Shown in pieces: positions 55,229-64,000 of a stretch of DNA of 64,000 nucleotides. The DNA is from Candidatus Latescibacterota bacterium (GTDB lineage Bacteria > Latescibacterota > UBA2968 > UBA8231). The first letter of the stretch is position 1. The number at the start of each line of letters is the position of its first letter. The position numbers and the translations under genes were made by a program. Location of the stretch: NCBI GenBank assembly GCA_964291625.2, contig OZ220090.1, positions 192,001-256,000 of the forward strand, written 5' to 3'. The notes beneath the pieces are model-generated. The model was not told the DNA's origin. It did no database searches and saw only the letters and a list, made by a program, of their open reading frames with translations.

Positions 55229-56293
55229 TCACTCCTCCGCCAGCCCGAGCTCGTCCATCAGTCTGCGCACCGGCGCCCAGATCCCGGGATCGATCCGCAA
55301 GCCCTCGGCCAGGGCCCGCTCCCGCTCCCGGTGGGCTCGCTCTCCCGGCACCAGGACCTCCTCGACCCCCGGCGCCGTCGGCAGCCCCTTGAGCCGCTTC
55401 ACGTACTCCTCCACCCGGTCGAGGAACCCCTCCCGCGACAGGAAGTGCCCGGGGTCGACGGCGAGGACGAAGAGCCCGTTGCGGTCGCTCGACTCCAGGT
55501 CGCCGGCGCTGCAGCCGGCCCCGCTCAGGGCGCCGGCGAGCACGTCCACGAGCAGGCTCAGGGCGAATCCCTTGTGTCCGGCGAGGAGCCCGCCCAGGGG
55601 CAGCAGGGCCGCCCTCGGCGGCACGTCCAGGGCGGCGGCGGGGTCGCTGCAGGGCTGTCCGGCCCCGTCGATGAGCCAGCCCTCCGGCGCCTCCCGCCCC
55701 TCGGCGGCCAGCATCTTCAGCCGGCCCGCGGCGGCGACGCTGGTGGACATGTCGATGACGATCGGCGCCGCGCCCCGCCGCGGGATTCCGGCGGCGAGGG
55801 GGTTGGTGCTGAGGAAGGGCTCGGTCGAGCCCCAGGGGGCCACGTTCGGGTTGCCGCCGGCGTCGTTGACCAGCAGCAGGCAGACGAACCCCTCCCGCGC
55901 CGGCTCGATGACGTAGCTGCCGAGGCGGGCCACGTCGGCGGCGCGGACGACGCTGACGCACCCGACGCCGCTGCCCGCGGCCATCTCGGTGGCGCGGCCC
56001 ACGGCCTCGGCGGCGCTCACCGGCCCCAGGCCGTGGCCGGCGTCGAGGTGCAGGGCCGAGGGGCTGCGGCGCAGGATCCGCGGCCGGACCCCCGGGTGGA
56101 TGCGTCCCTTGCGGATCGCCTCGACGTAGAGGGGCACCCGCATGACGCCGTGGGAGAGGTAGCCGGCCATCGTCGCCTCGAGAAGCACCTCGACGACGGT
56201 TTCGCGCTCTTCCCCGGATACGCCGGCGCGGGCGAAGATCCCGCCCATCAGCCGCGCGAGGGCGTCGCAGGTCAGGTGGACGGGCCCGGTCAC
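55229..56293 (-). CDS. Ldh_2 family dehydrogenase
   Basis: SHGVMR, TNPLAAGIP, DMSTS, HKGFAL, VPGE. Confidence 0.85.
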   Translation of the reverse strand: MTGPVHLTCDALARLMGGIFARAGVSGEERETVVEVLLEATMAGYLSHGVMRVPLYVEAIRKGRIHPGVRPRILRRSPSALHLDAGHGLGPVSAAEAVGRATEMAAGSGVGCVSVVRAADVARLGSYVIEPAREGFVCLLLVNDAGGNPNVAPWGSTEPFLSTNPLAAGIPRRGAAPIVIDMSTSVAAAGRLKMLAAEGREAPEGWLIDGAGQPCSDPAAALDVPPRAALLPLGGLLAGHKGFALSLLVDVLAGALSGAGCSAGDLESSDRNGLFVLAVDPGHFLSREGFLDRVEEYVKRLKGLPTAPGVEEVLVPGERAHRERERALAEGLRIDPGIWAPVRRLMDELGLAEE

Positions 56294-57597
56294 GAGGTCG
56301 TCTCCCCCTCCATCGCCGACAGTTCCACGCCGACCTGCCGCTGGATGGCGAGGACGTACTCGTCCGTGGTGTGGCCCTCGACCCGGGTCTCGAAGCCGTA
56401 GTCGCCCCAGCCGCCGACGATCCGCGCCGCCACCCGCTTCTCCGGGTCGTTGAAGTGGTAGGGGTGGGTGCGGCGCAGGAAGTCGGGCAGGTCCTCCCCC
56501 TCGGTGCGGTAGAAGCCCGGGTTGGTCACCACCACCTGGGGCTCCTCGGTGGGCCGGGCCGGGCGCGCCGGGACCACGAGGTCGCCCATGAGCACCTCAG
56601 CCATCAGCTCCGGCGCCCAGTGGGTGACGGCGTAGGGCTCGCCCGGCTCGACCCAGGGCTCGATCTGGCGGGCCACGACCTCGAACTCGTGCCAGAGCCG
56701 CAGCTCGTCGAGCTGGTGGGGAGGCAGGGAGCTGACCGCCTCGTAGCGGGACCGGTCGCCGCCGGTGCGCAGGTGGTTGAAGACCATGAACCAGTTCACC
56801 AGGTCGCGCAGCCCCCGGGGGATCTTGGTGTACTCCTCGGCGGCGCGGGGGCTGCAGACGTCGACGAGCACGAGGTGGGGGGTCTCGGCGCTGAGGCGGC
56901 GGACGAAGTCGGGGGCGAAGCCGTTGCGCCAGAACCGGTCGACGTGGTAGGGGACGGTGAGCCGCATCGACCCGTGGGAGGGGACGCGCTCGTAGTGGAT
57001 GTCGAAGCCGTCGAGGTAGCGCTCGAGGGGCTCGACCACGAAGATGCGGCCGTAGCGGTCGTTGCCGAAGACGACCACGGGCCGCCGGGTGCCGGCGCGG
57101 AAGTCTCGCAGGAAGCGCAGCAGGCCGTGGGCCTCGTAGGCGGTGCGCTTCGCCTCGAGGCGGTCCGTCTCGTCCAGCTCGAAGGGTCCGGGCCGCACCG
57201 GCGGCGGGAGTGGAGTGAGGGCATCGAAAGCCCGACGGACCTCCACCGGCTCCTCGGGCCAGTCCCGCTGCCGCCGCGACTCGGCCGCGAAGCGGCGGAA
57301 CTCCAGCTCCCGCTGCAGCTCGCAGCCGGCGTCGAAGCGGCCCCGCCGGGTCTCCTTCCGGAGCCGGTCCAGCTCGCCGGTGAGGACCGCCACGTCGCCG
57401 CCGCCGGCGAGGTGGCGCACCAGGGCCGGCGTCAGGGTGACGCCGTCGTGGTTCTGTGTGGTCACCGAGGCCACCCAGGCGGCCACCTGCGACAGGCGGT
57501 CCCGGGCCTCGGCGGGGCTGCAGCCCTCGTCGAAGGGGGTGAGCTCCTCGGCGCTCATGCGGAGAGTGGTCAGAATCGGGTCGTCAGCGTCGAGCAT
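56290..57597 (-). CDS. Hypothetical protein
   Basis: 435-aa ORF with coding-like codon usage, overlapping both neighbours. No family recognised. Confidence 0.65.
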   Translation of the reverse strand: MLDADDPILTTLRMSAEELTPFDEGCSPAEARDRLSQVAAWVASVTTQNHDGVTLTPALVRHLAGGGDVAVLTGELDRLRKETRRGRFDAGCELQRELEFRRFAAESRRQRDWPEEPVEVRRAFDALTPLPPPVRPGPFELDETDRLEAKRTAYEAHGLLRFLRDFRAGTRRPVVVFGNDRYGRIFVVEPLERYLDGFDIHYERVPSHGSMRLTVPYHVDRFWRNGFAPDFVRRLSAETPHLVLVDVCSPRAAEEYTKIPRGLRDLVNWFMVFNHLRTGGDRSRYEAVSSLPPHQLDELRLWHEFEVVARQIEPWVEPGEPYAVTHWAPELMAEVLMGDLVVPARPARPTEEPQVVVTNPGFYRTEGEDLPDFLRRTHPYHFNDPEKRVAARIVGGWGDYGFETRVEGHTTDEYVLAIQRQVGVELSAMEGETTS

Positions 57598-58879
57598 CGT
57601 TCTCTCTCCAGCCGCCGACGAGTTCGTCGATGCCGAACCCGGCGGGCATGTGGCAGTGGAACTGGCGCAGTGGGCGGGACTCGAAGTCGGGCGGGCCGTC
57701 GGCCTCCGGGTTCAGCCCGGCGTGGACGGCGGCATGGCGAGCGTGCACCAGGGCGGCGTCGGCCGCCAGCCGCCGCTCCAGGGGCGCGAAGCGCTGGCCC
57801 AGGGCCTCGGCCTCCGACGCGTTGAACCGGCGGCCCATGGTCTCGAAGTACTCCCCCTTCTGGGGCCCGGCAAGCGCCGCGTGCCGCGCCGCAGTCTCCA
57901 TGGCCTGAACCTCCGGCGTGTGCAGGAGGCGGACCTTGGCGGCGATCCGGGCGAGGAGCACCACCGCGGTCATGCGCTCCTCGGGGCCAGGGTGCAGGCG
58001 GGCAACCTGCTCGCGGAACGCCGTGCCGTCTCCCTCGACGGCGGCGCGCAGGGCGGCCTCGATGTCGTCGAGCTCATGTTGGAGCAGCTCCACGGCGCGC
58101 TCGAAGTGGGCCCGCGCCCCCTCCGACAGGTGGCGGGTGAAGCCCAGGCCCACGTCCCACTCGGGGTAGTGGGCGTAGGGGAAGGTGCGGCCTCCGTGGG
58201 AGCGGAAGCCGAGGTGCAGGGTCCGCCGCAGCCGGCTCGAGTAGAAGCTGCCCCAGTGCATGACCAGGTTCGGGTAGACGACGCCGTCGCCGGCGGCCAG
58301 CTCCACCGGGACGCCGCCCTTCAGCCGGGATGTGGGGTCGAGCAGGAGTTGCCGCCGCTGCTCCTCGTCCGTGGGCCGGTCGTGGCTGCGCGGCAGCACC
58401 CAGAGCACGTCGTCGTCGTAGAGGGCGATGTTCCACTGCACGTACCCGGGCCGGTTGGCCATCAGGTCCCGCTGCAGGCCGCACAGCGGCGCCTGCTCGC
58501 TGGCGCTGGAGTCCCGGTGCCAGTCGGTGGGCCCGTGGTCGACGAGGCCGCTGCAGAGGATCTGCATGCTCGTGATGCAGCACTCCGGCGCCCCCAGGAG
58601 GCGGTCGCTGACGCCGTGGACCGCGGGGCCCAGCAGGAAGTCCACCAGGCCCGCCGTCTCCCCGTCCACCACGTCGTCGACGCTGACCCGCGGCTGGATC
58701 CCGGCGTACCAGTCGCCGCCCAGGGGCCCGCCGTCCCCGCGTCCGGCCTCGGAGCGTGCCTTGCAGCGGTCCACCAGGATCTCGGCCATGAGGCGCAGCT
58801 CCCCGAGCCGGCCGGGCGGGACCGCCTGCCGCACGATGAGATAGCCCTCCTCGAAGAGCTCGCCCTCGTCGATTTCCAC
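57584..58879 (-). CDS. Phytanoyl-CoA dioxygenase (PhyH)-like protein with C-terminal extension
   Basis: EEGYLIVR, WHRD, PRSH, LAAGD, MHWG, RRTLH. Confidence 0.75.
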   Translation of the reverse strand: MEIDEGELFEEGYLIVRQAVPPGRLGELRLMAEILVDRCKARSEAGRGDGGPLGGDWYAGIQPRVSVDDVVDGETAGLVDFLLGPAVHGVSDRLLGAPECCITSMQILCSGLVDHGPTDWHRDSSASEQAPLCGLQRDLMANRPGYVQWNIALYDDDVLWVLPRSHDRPTDEEQRRQLLLDPTSRLKGGVPVELAAGDGVVYPNLVMHWGSFYSSRLRRTLHLGFRSHGGRTFPYAHYPEWDVGLGFTRHLSEGARAHFERAVELLQHELDDIEAALRAAVEGDGTAFREQVARLHPGPEERMTAVVLLARIAAKVRLLHTPEVQAMETAARHAALAGPQKGEYFETMGRRFNASEAEALGQRFAPLERRLAADAALVHARHAAVHAGLNPEADGPPDFESRPLRQFHCHMPAGFGIDELVGGWRENDARR

Positions 58880-58941
58880 CCTTTCCCTTGTCCTTATCTT
58901 GTCGCGGCCCGGTCCCGCCGCCTCGAAGCCCGGAGACGCCC

Positions 58942-59988
58942 ATGCCCCTCGAGCTGATCGCCGACCGCCCCGGACACGCCCTCCTGCGAACCTACGAGGA
59001 GCCGCCCCTGGAGCCCGGCCAGGTGCGCGTGCGCAGCCTCTTCAGCGCCGTCAAGCACGGCACCGAGCTGCGCGGCTTCCGCGCCGACACGCCCGACGCC
59101 ACCGACCGCTGGGACGGCCGCCTGCGCCTGCACCGGCGGGGCGAGCCCGAAGCCTCCAGGTTCCCCCGGGCCCTGGGCAACATGTGCCTCGGCGAGGTCG
59201 TCGAGGCCGGCCCGGCCGTGGACCGCCTGAAGGTAGGCGACCGCGTCTTCGAGCACCTGCCCGTGCGCGAGACCCACACCGTCGAGGCCGGCCGCCTGCG
59301 CATCGCCCCCGGCGGCGTCTCCCCCCAGGCGCTGATGTACTGGGACCCGGCCGACGTCGCCCTCGGCGCCGTCCGCGACGGCCCGGTGCGGCTGGGCGAC
59401 CGCGTGGCCGTCTTCGGCCTCGGGGCGATCGGCCTCATGGCCGCTCAGTGCGCCCGGTTGTGCGGCGCCCGCTGGGTCGCCGCCGTCGACCCCATCGAGC
59501 GGCGGCGGCAGGCGGCCCGGCGCCACGGCGCCGACCTGGTGGTCGACCCGGCGGCCGCCGACGCCGGCGTGGAGATCAAGGAGCGGACGGAGGGCGCCGG
59601 CGCCGAAGTCGTCCTCGAGACCAGCGGCGCCTACGCCGCCTTCGAGGACGCCCTGCGCGCCTGCTGCTATGCCGGCTCGGTGGTCTCGTCCGCCTACTAC
59701 CACGGGGAGCAGAGCCTGAAGCTGGCCGGCGAGTGGCACCGCAACCGCATCCGGGTGGTCTCCAGCCGCGCCAACAGCGAGCCCCTGCCCCAGCCGGGAT
59801 GGACCTTCTCCCGCATCCAGTCCGAGTCCCTGGCCCTGCTGGTGGAGGGGCGTCTGCGGGCCGACGACCTCATCGACCCGGTGGTCGCCATGGAACAGGC
59901 GGCCGCGGCCTACCACGACATCGAGGCCCACCCCGAGCGCTCCATCAAGCTCGGCGTCGACCACACCGCGGGGGATTCCGCCGGGTGA
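58942..59988 (+). CDS. Zinc-binding (MDR) dehydrogenase family protein
   Basis: KHGTE, GEVVEAG, FGLGAIG. Confidence 0.85.
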   Translation: MPLELIADRPGHALLRTYEEPPLEPGQVRVRSLFSAVKHGTELRGFRADTPDATDRWDGRLRLHRRGEPEASRFPRALGNMCLGEVVEAGPAVDRLKVGDRVFEHLPVRETHTVEAGRLRIAPGGVSPQALMYWDPADVALGAVRDGPVRLGDRVAVFGLGAIGLMAAQCARLCGARWVAAVDPIERRRQAARRHGADLVVDPAAADAGVEIKERTEGAGAEVVLETSGAYAAFEDALRACCYAGSVVSSAYYHGEQSLKLAGEWHRNRIRVVSSRANSEPLPQPGWTFSRIQSESLALLVEGRLRADDLIDPVVAMEQAAAAYHDIEAHPERSIKLGVDHTAGDSAG

Positions 59989-60710
59989 GGGTCGCCGCCT
60001 GGCAGGCCCCGCTGCTGTCCTCCGGGTCGATGGAGGCCCTGCCCCTGATCCGGGAGCGGGTCGCCGAGTGCGAGCGGCGGGGGGTGGAGATCCTCTGCTG
60101 TCCGGAGGCGATCCTCGGGGGGCTGGCGGACTTCGCCCCGGAGCCGGGGGCCCTGGCCATCGACGCCGAGGGGGGAGAGCTGGAGCGCGTCCTGCAGCCC
60201 CTGGCCAGCGACCGGGTGAGCACCATCGTCGGCTTCACCGAGGCCGGCCCCCGGGGGCGCCTCTACTGCTCGGCGGCGGTCTTCCGGAGGGGCGCGGTGA
60301 CCGGCGTCTACCGCAAGACCCACCCCGCAATCCGCCGGTCCGTGTACAGCGCCGGCGACCGGACCCCCGTCTTCGATATCAACGGCCTGAGCTTCGGCAT
60401 CGTCGTGTGCTACGACACCAACTTCCGCGAGCCGGCGCGCACCCTCTGCGCCCGGGGGGCCTCCGTCCTCTTCGTCCCCACCAACAACGGCCTTCGCCCC
60501 GAAAAGGCGGACGTGGTGCCCCTGGCGCGCAGGGCCCAGGCGGAGCGGGCCGTGGAGAACAGGGTCCACGTCGTCGCCGCCGACGTGGCCGGCCGATGCG
60601 GGGATCATCTCTCGTGGGGGTCTTCGGGCGTCACCGCGCCCGACGGGACCCTGCTGGCCGCCGCCGAACCCCTGGCCGAGGAGCTGCTCGTGGTCGAGCT
60701 GGACCACTGA
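59985..60710 (+). CDS. Carbon-nitrogen hydrolase (nitrilase superfamily)
   Basis: Triad motifs PEA, YRKTH and VCYD. GTGA overlap. Confidence 0.85.
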   Translation: MRVAAWQAPLLSSGSMEALPLIRERVAECERRGVEILCCPEAILGGLADFAPEPGALAIDAEGGELERVLQPLASDRVSTIVGFTEAGPRGRLYCSAAVFRRGAVTGVYRKTHPAIRRSVYSAGDRTPVFDINGLSFGIVVCYDTNFREPARTLCARGASVLFVPTNNGLRPEKADVVPLARRAQAERAVENRVHVVAADVAGRCGDHLSWGSSGVTAPDGTLLAAAEPLAEELLVVELDH

Positions 60711-60776
60711 GGCTGTCCTAGGTCCGAGCTCTACGGTTGCGGGGCAGCGCTGGCCGGCCTGGCGAGAGCCCGGCGG

Positions 60777-61454
60777 TCAGATCCGCTCCAGGGCCCAGCC
60801 CTTCAGCACCCGCGCCATCTCGTCGTACACGTCCTCGTCGGACTCGCGCGACCGCTTCAGCACCTTGAAGCCGTGGTCGGCCGTGTCCAGCAGGTGCAGG
60901 GTGGCCCGCTCCAGGCCCTCGACGACCGGCTCGAGCAGCTCCCGCTCGGCCAGCTTGTCCCGCGTCCCGGAGAGGAAGAGCATGGGCACGGTCACCTCCG
61001 GCAGGTGGGCGGCCCGGTCCACCGAGGGCCGGCCCGGCGGGTGCAGGGGGAAGGCGAAGAACACCAGTCCCCGCACCTCGGGGATCGGCGCCTCGGCGGC
61101 GGCGTGGGAGGCCATGCGGCCGCCGAAGGAGTGGCCGCCGACGAACAGGGGCAGGTCGGGCGCGGCCTCATGGGCGGCGGCCGCCGCGGAGCGCACCGTC
61201 GCGAAGGCGACCGGCTTCGACTCGGTGCCGCCTCCGCCCCGCTCCATGTAGGGGAAGTTGTAGCGGAAGGTGGCCGCGCCGGCGTCGGCGCAGCGGCCGG
61301 CGATGGTGCGCAGGTTGCGGTGCCGGCAATCGGTGCCGGCCCCGTGGCCGAGGACCAGCATCAGGCGCGCCTCCGGCGGACGCATGGTGACGGAGGAGAC
61401 CTCCCCCTTCTCCGGCGTGGCCGTGAACCGGCCCTCGGTCTCCTCGTGAGCCAT
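60777..61454 (-). CDS. Alpha/beta hydrolase (KANL3/Tex30-like)
   Basis: LGHGAG, FRYNFPY, GGHSFGGR, FPLHPPG, GTRD, ADHGF. Confidence 0.85.
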   Translation of the reverse strand: MAHEETEGRFTATPEKGEVSSVTMRPPEARLMLVLGHGAGTDCRHRNLRTIAGRCADAGAATFRYNFPYMERGGGGTESKPVAFATVRSAAAAAHEAAPDLPLFVGGHSFGGRMASHAAAEAPIPEVRGLVFFAFPLHPPGRPSVDRAAHLPEVTVPMLFLSGTRDKLAERELLEPVVEGLERATLHLLDTADHGFKVLKRSRESDEDVYDEMARVLKGWALERI

Positions 61455-61459
61455 GGGGG

Positions 61460-62305
61460 TCACGAGGAGCGCGCCCGGTTGAGCCAGGTCTTCTTCGTGC
61501 GCCTCTCGAACCAGAGGGGCATCTCCTTGCGGCGCCAGCGCAGGAAGGCGCCCTCGTGGAGGTCGCGGTTCCGGCGGGAAGGCTCGGCGGGGATCTCGAT
61601 GGTGGCGTGCAGGATCTTCTCCTCCCGGCGCGACAGGGCGACGATCTCGCCCTGGCTGATGATCAGGGTGACGCCCACGTTGGCCTCGACGATGGGGACG
61701 CCGTTCTCCCGCGCCCGCGCCAGGACCGCCCGGTCCTGCCTCTTGGAGCGGCTGCCGAAGGACGGGATCAGCAGGTAGCGGGCCCCGTCGAGGACGGGGA
61801 TGCGGGCGATGTCGGCGTTCCAGCGGTCGGCGCAGATCATGAAGCCGCAGCGTCCGTGGGGGGTGGGGAAGGCCCGGGACTGCCGGCCCAGGCGGTTGAA
61901 CCACCAGGCCGGGTGGGTGCCCTCGGCCAGCTGCATCTTGTGGTACTTGCCGCAGACCTTGCCCGCCGGATCGATGAAGACGGCGCAGTTGTGGACGTTG
62001 CGGCCCACCTTCTCGGCGCAGCCGAAGGCGAGGCTCATGCCCAGCTCGCGGGCCAGGGCGCGGAAGCGGGAGATCACGGCGCCCTGCATGGTCACCGCCA
62101 CCTCGCGGATGCGCGCCGCCGGCGCCTCTCCGGCGATGATCTCGTTGGTCACGTAGCCCTCGATGACGCCCTCGGGGGCCACGGCCAGCTCGGCCCCGTC
62201 CCGCGCCGCCCGGCGGAAGCTCTCCGCGAGGCGGTCGCAGTTGTCGGCCAGCTCGAACTTCCGCGGCACGAAGGAGATCGCGGCCACACGCAAGGGACGG
62301 AACAT
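61460..62305 (-). CDS. Carbon-nitrogen hydrolase (nitrilase superfamily)
   Basis: APEG, YHKMQL, ICAD. Confidence 0.85.
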   Translation of the reverse strand: MFRPLRVAAISFVPRKFELADNCDRLAESFRRAARDGAELAVAPEGVIEGYVTNEIIAGEAPAARIREVAVTMQGAVISRFRALARELGMSLAFGCAEKVGRNVHNCAVFIDPAGKVCGKYHKMQLAEGTHPAWWFNRLGRQSRAFPTPHGRCGFMICADRWNADIARIPVLDGARYLLIPSFGSRSKRQDRAVLARARENGVPIVEANVGVTLIISQGEIVALSRREEKILHATIEIPAEPSRRNRDLHEGAFLRWRRKEMPLWFERRTKKTWLNRARSS

Positions 62306-62461
62306 CACAGCCTCCTTCCGGCTCTTCGGGCCGCCGCGCCCGAGGCGTTTGGCGGATCCTGGTCCACGCGCCCGGGGCAGGGAGGCCTCGTCTTTACTTC
62401 CTTCCACTGCGAGAAAGAGCCGCCTTCGGCTCCACCCGGCAAGCCCTCGACGGGAGCCGCC

Positions 62462-63913
62462 ATGAACAAGCCGAACATCGTCTTCATCCTCGCCGACGAC
62501 CTCGGCTACGGGGATGTGGGCTGCTACAACCCCGAGTCGAAGATCCCCACGCCGAACCTCGACCGTCTCGCCGCCCGGGGGGTGCGCTTCACCGACGCCC
62601 ACGCCCCCTCCAGCGTGTGTACCCCCAGCCGCTACGCCGTGCTCACGGGGCGCTACTGCTGGCGGTCGCGGCTCAAGGGGGGCGTCCTCTGGCAGTGGGA
62701 GAGCGCCCTCGTCGAGCCCGACCGCCTCACCGTGGCCGAGCTGCTGCGGCGGCAGGGATACAGGACTCACTGCGTCGGCAAGTGGCACCTCGGCTGGAAC
62801 TGGACCCTCGACGACGGCTCCCCGGCGGCGGACCACGTCGAGTTCGGGAGCCGCGGCACCGACCCGGCGCGTCTGGCCCTCGACGAGCGCATCGACTACG
62901 GCCGGCCGATCACGGGCGGTCCCGTGGACTGCGGCTTCGACACCTACTTCGGCGACGACGTGCCCAACTTCCCGCCCTACACCTGGTTCGAGGACGAGCG
63001 CGTCGTCGAGGCGCCGTCCGTGCCCAAACCGGAGGTGATGTTCGGCACCCCGGGGCCGATGGTCCCCGGCTGGTCGCTGGAGCGGGTCATGCCCACCCTC
63101 ACCCGGCGCGCCGAGCGCGTCATCGAGGAGGCCGGGGAGGAGCCCTTCTTCCTCTACATGCCGCTGACGGCGCCCCACACCCCCATCGTCCCGCTGGACG
63201 AGTTCCGAGGCGTGAGCCGGGCCGGCGAGTACGGCGACTACGTCTGCGAGGTCGACTGGTGCGTGGGCCGCGTCATGGAAGCCCTGGAGCGGCGCGGCAT
63301 CGCCGGCGACACGCTGCTGATCTTCACCAGCGACAACGGCCCGGAGAGGCCGGCCTACGACCGCATCCGCCAGTTCGGCCATGCCTCCTCGGCCTGCCTG
63401 CGCGGCATCAAGCGCGATGTCTGGGAGGGCGGCCACCGGGTGCCCTTCCTGGCCCGCTGGCCCGGAGTGGCCCCGGCCGGCGCCGAGTGCTCCCACACCA
63501 TCATGCTCGGCGATCTCATGGCCACCTGCGCCGAGATGACGGGGACCCGCCTGGCCACGGGGGAGGGCGAGGACAGCGTCAGCATGCTGCCCCTGCTGCG
63601 CCGGCCGGACCGGGACCGGGGGGTGCGCGCCTTCACCGTCCACCACAGCATGAACGGCCGCTTCGCCATCCGCCGGGGGGACTGGGTCTTCATCGACGAC
63701 GCCACCGGCGGCGACGTCCGCGAGCCGGAGTGGTACAGGGAGGAGCGGGGGTACGCGCCGCACCAACAGCCGGGGGAGCTCTTCCACCTGGCCAGCGACC
63801 TCGAGGAGCGGACCAACCTCCACGGCGAGCGTCCGGAGGTGGTGGCCGAGCTGTCGGGCCTGCTGGAGCAGGTCAAGGCCGGGGGTGTCGACGCCCGAGC
63901 CGCCGCAGGCTGA
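62462..63913 (+). CDS. Arylsulfatase (Cys-type formylglycine sulfatase)
   Basis: KPNIVFILADDLG, CTPSR..LTGR, GKWHLG, SDNG, WEGGHRVP. Confidence 0.93.
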   Translation: MNKPNIVFILADDLGYGDVGCYNPESKIPTPNLDRLAARGVRFTDAHAPSSVCTPSRYAVLTGRYCWRSRLKGGVLWQWESALVEPDRLTVAELLRRQGYRTHCVGKWHLGWNWTLDDGSPAADHVEFGSRGTDPARLALDERIDYGRPITGGPVDCGFDTYFGDDVPNFPPYTWFEDERVVEAPSVPKPEVMFGTPGPMVPGWSLERVMPTLTRRAERVIEEAGEEPFFLYMPLTAPHTPIVPLDEFRGVSRAGEYGDYVCEVDWCVGRVMEALERRGIAGDTLLIFTSDNGPERPAYDRIRQFGHASSACLRGIKRDVWEGGHRVPFLARWPGVAPAGAECSHTIMLGDLMATCAEMTGTRLATGEGEDSVSMLPLLRRPDRDRGVRAFTVHHSMNGRFAIRRGDWVFIDDATGGDVREPEWYREERGYAPHQQPGELFHLASDLEERTNLHGERPEVVAELSGLLEQVKAGGVDARAAAG

Positions 63914-64000
63914 GTGGGGGTGAGGCCGCCTGCCGGATCAGCCGCGGCGCCGCAGGATGGAGAACAGCTGCGGCTGGGCCACACTCCACATCCCCTTGCG

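Noticed and set aside
307-63984. Many long overlapping or antisense ORFs (e.g. 307..2763, 3997..6726, 10735..13878, 33623..36949, 48001..50691)
   Set aside because: Shadow frames of real genes in very GC-rich DNA. They have Arg/Pro/Gly-rich or antisense-type composition and no motifs.

Overview
Very GC-rich bacterial chromosomal segment. A C-terminal FlgD-Ig-type sorting domain, expanded PQQ-like propellers, PhyH dioxygenases, a sulfatase and UBact suggest an FCB-group candidate phylum such as Latescibacterota/Handelsmanbacteria; this is inference only. Main content, left to right: (1) a minus-strand operon of two exported PQQ-like beta-propellers, an EhpF/GriC-like adenylating enzyme, a GriD-like aldehyde dehydrogenase (frameshifted) and an iron-containing alcohol dehydrogenase; (2) a decayed type I R-M/phd-vapC islet; (3) a dnaE2 + inactive DinB/ImuB-like mutagenesis cassette with a candidate operator over its -10; (4) catabolic gene clusters, including a 7-repeat 'FDGRY' propeller inserted into a LamG domain; (5) a complete UBact-proteasome operon (arc-dop-ubact-prcB-prcA-pafA), flanked by lepB and a secreted M6 metalloprotease, with Arc probably starting at a non-canonical ATC; (6) gatB, nadB, guaA, tyrS and tRNA-Val. 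Upstream of tyrS lies an apparent ribosome-dependent attenuator (leaderless Tyr-containing 26-aa peptide, antiterminator, terminator) instead of a T-box. A diverged ~115-bp direct repeat brackets tRNA-Val and a small HTH gene. No CRISPR array, rRNA or intact mobile element was seen.
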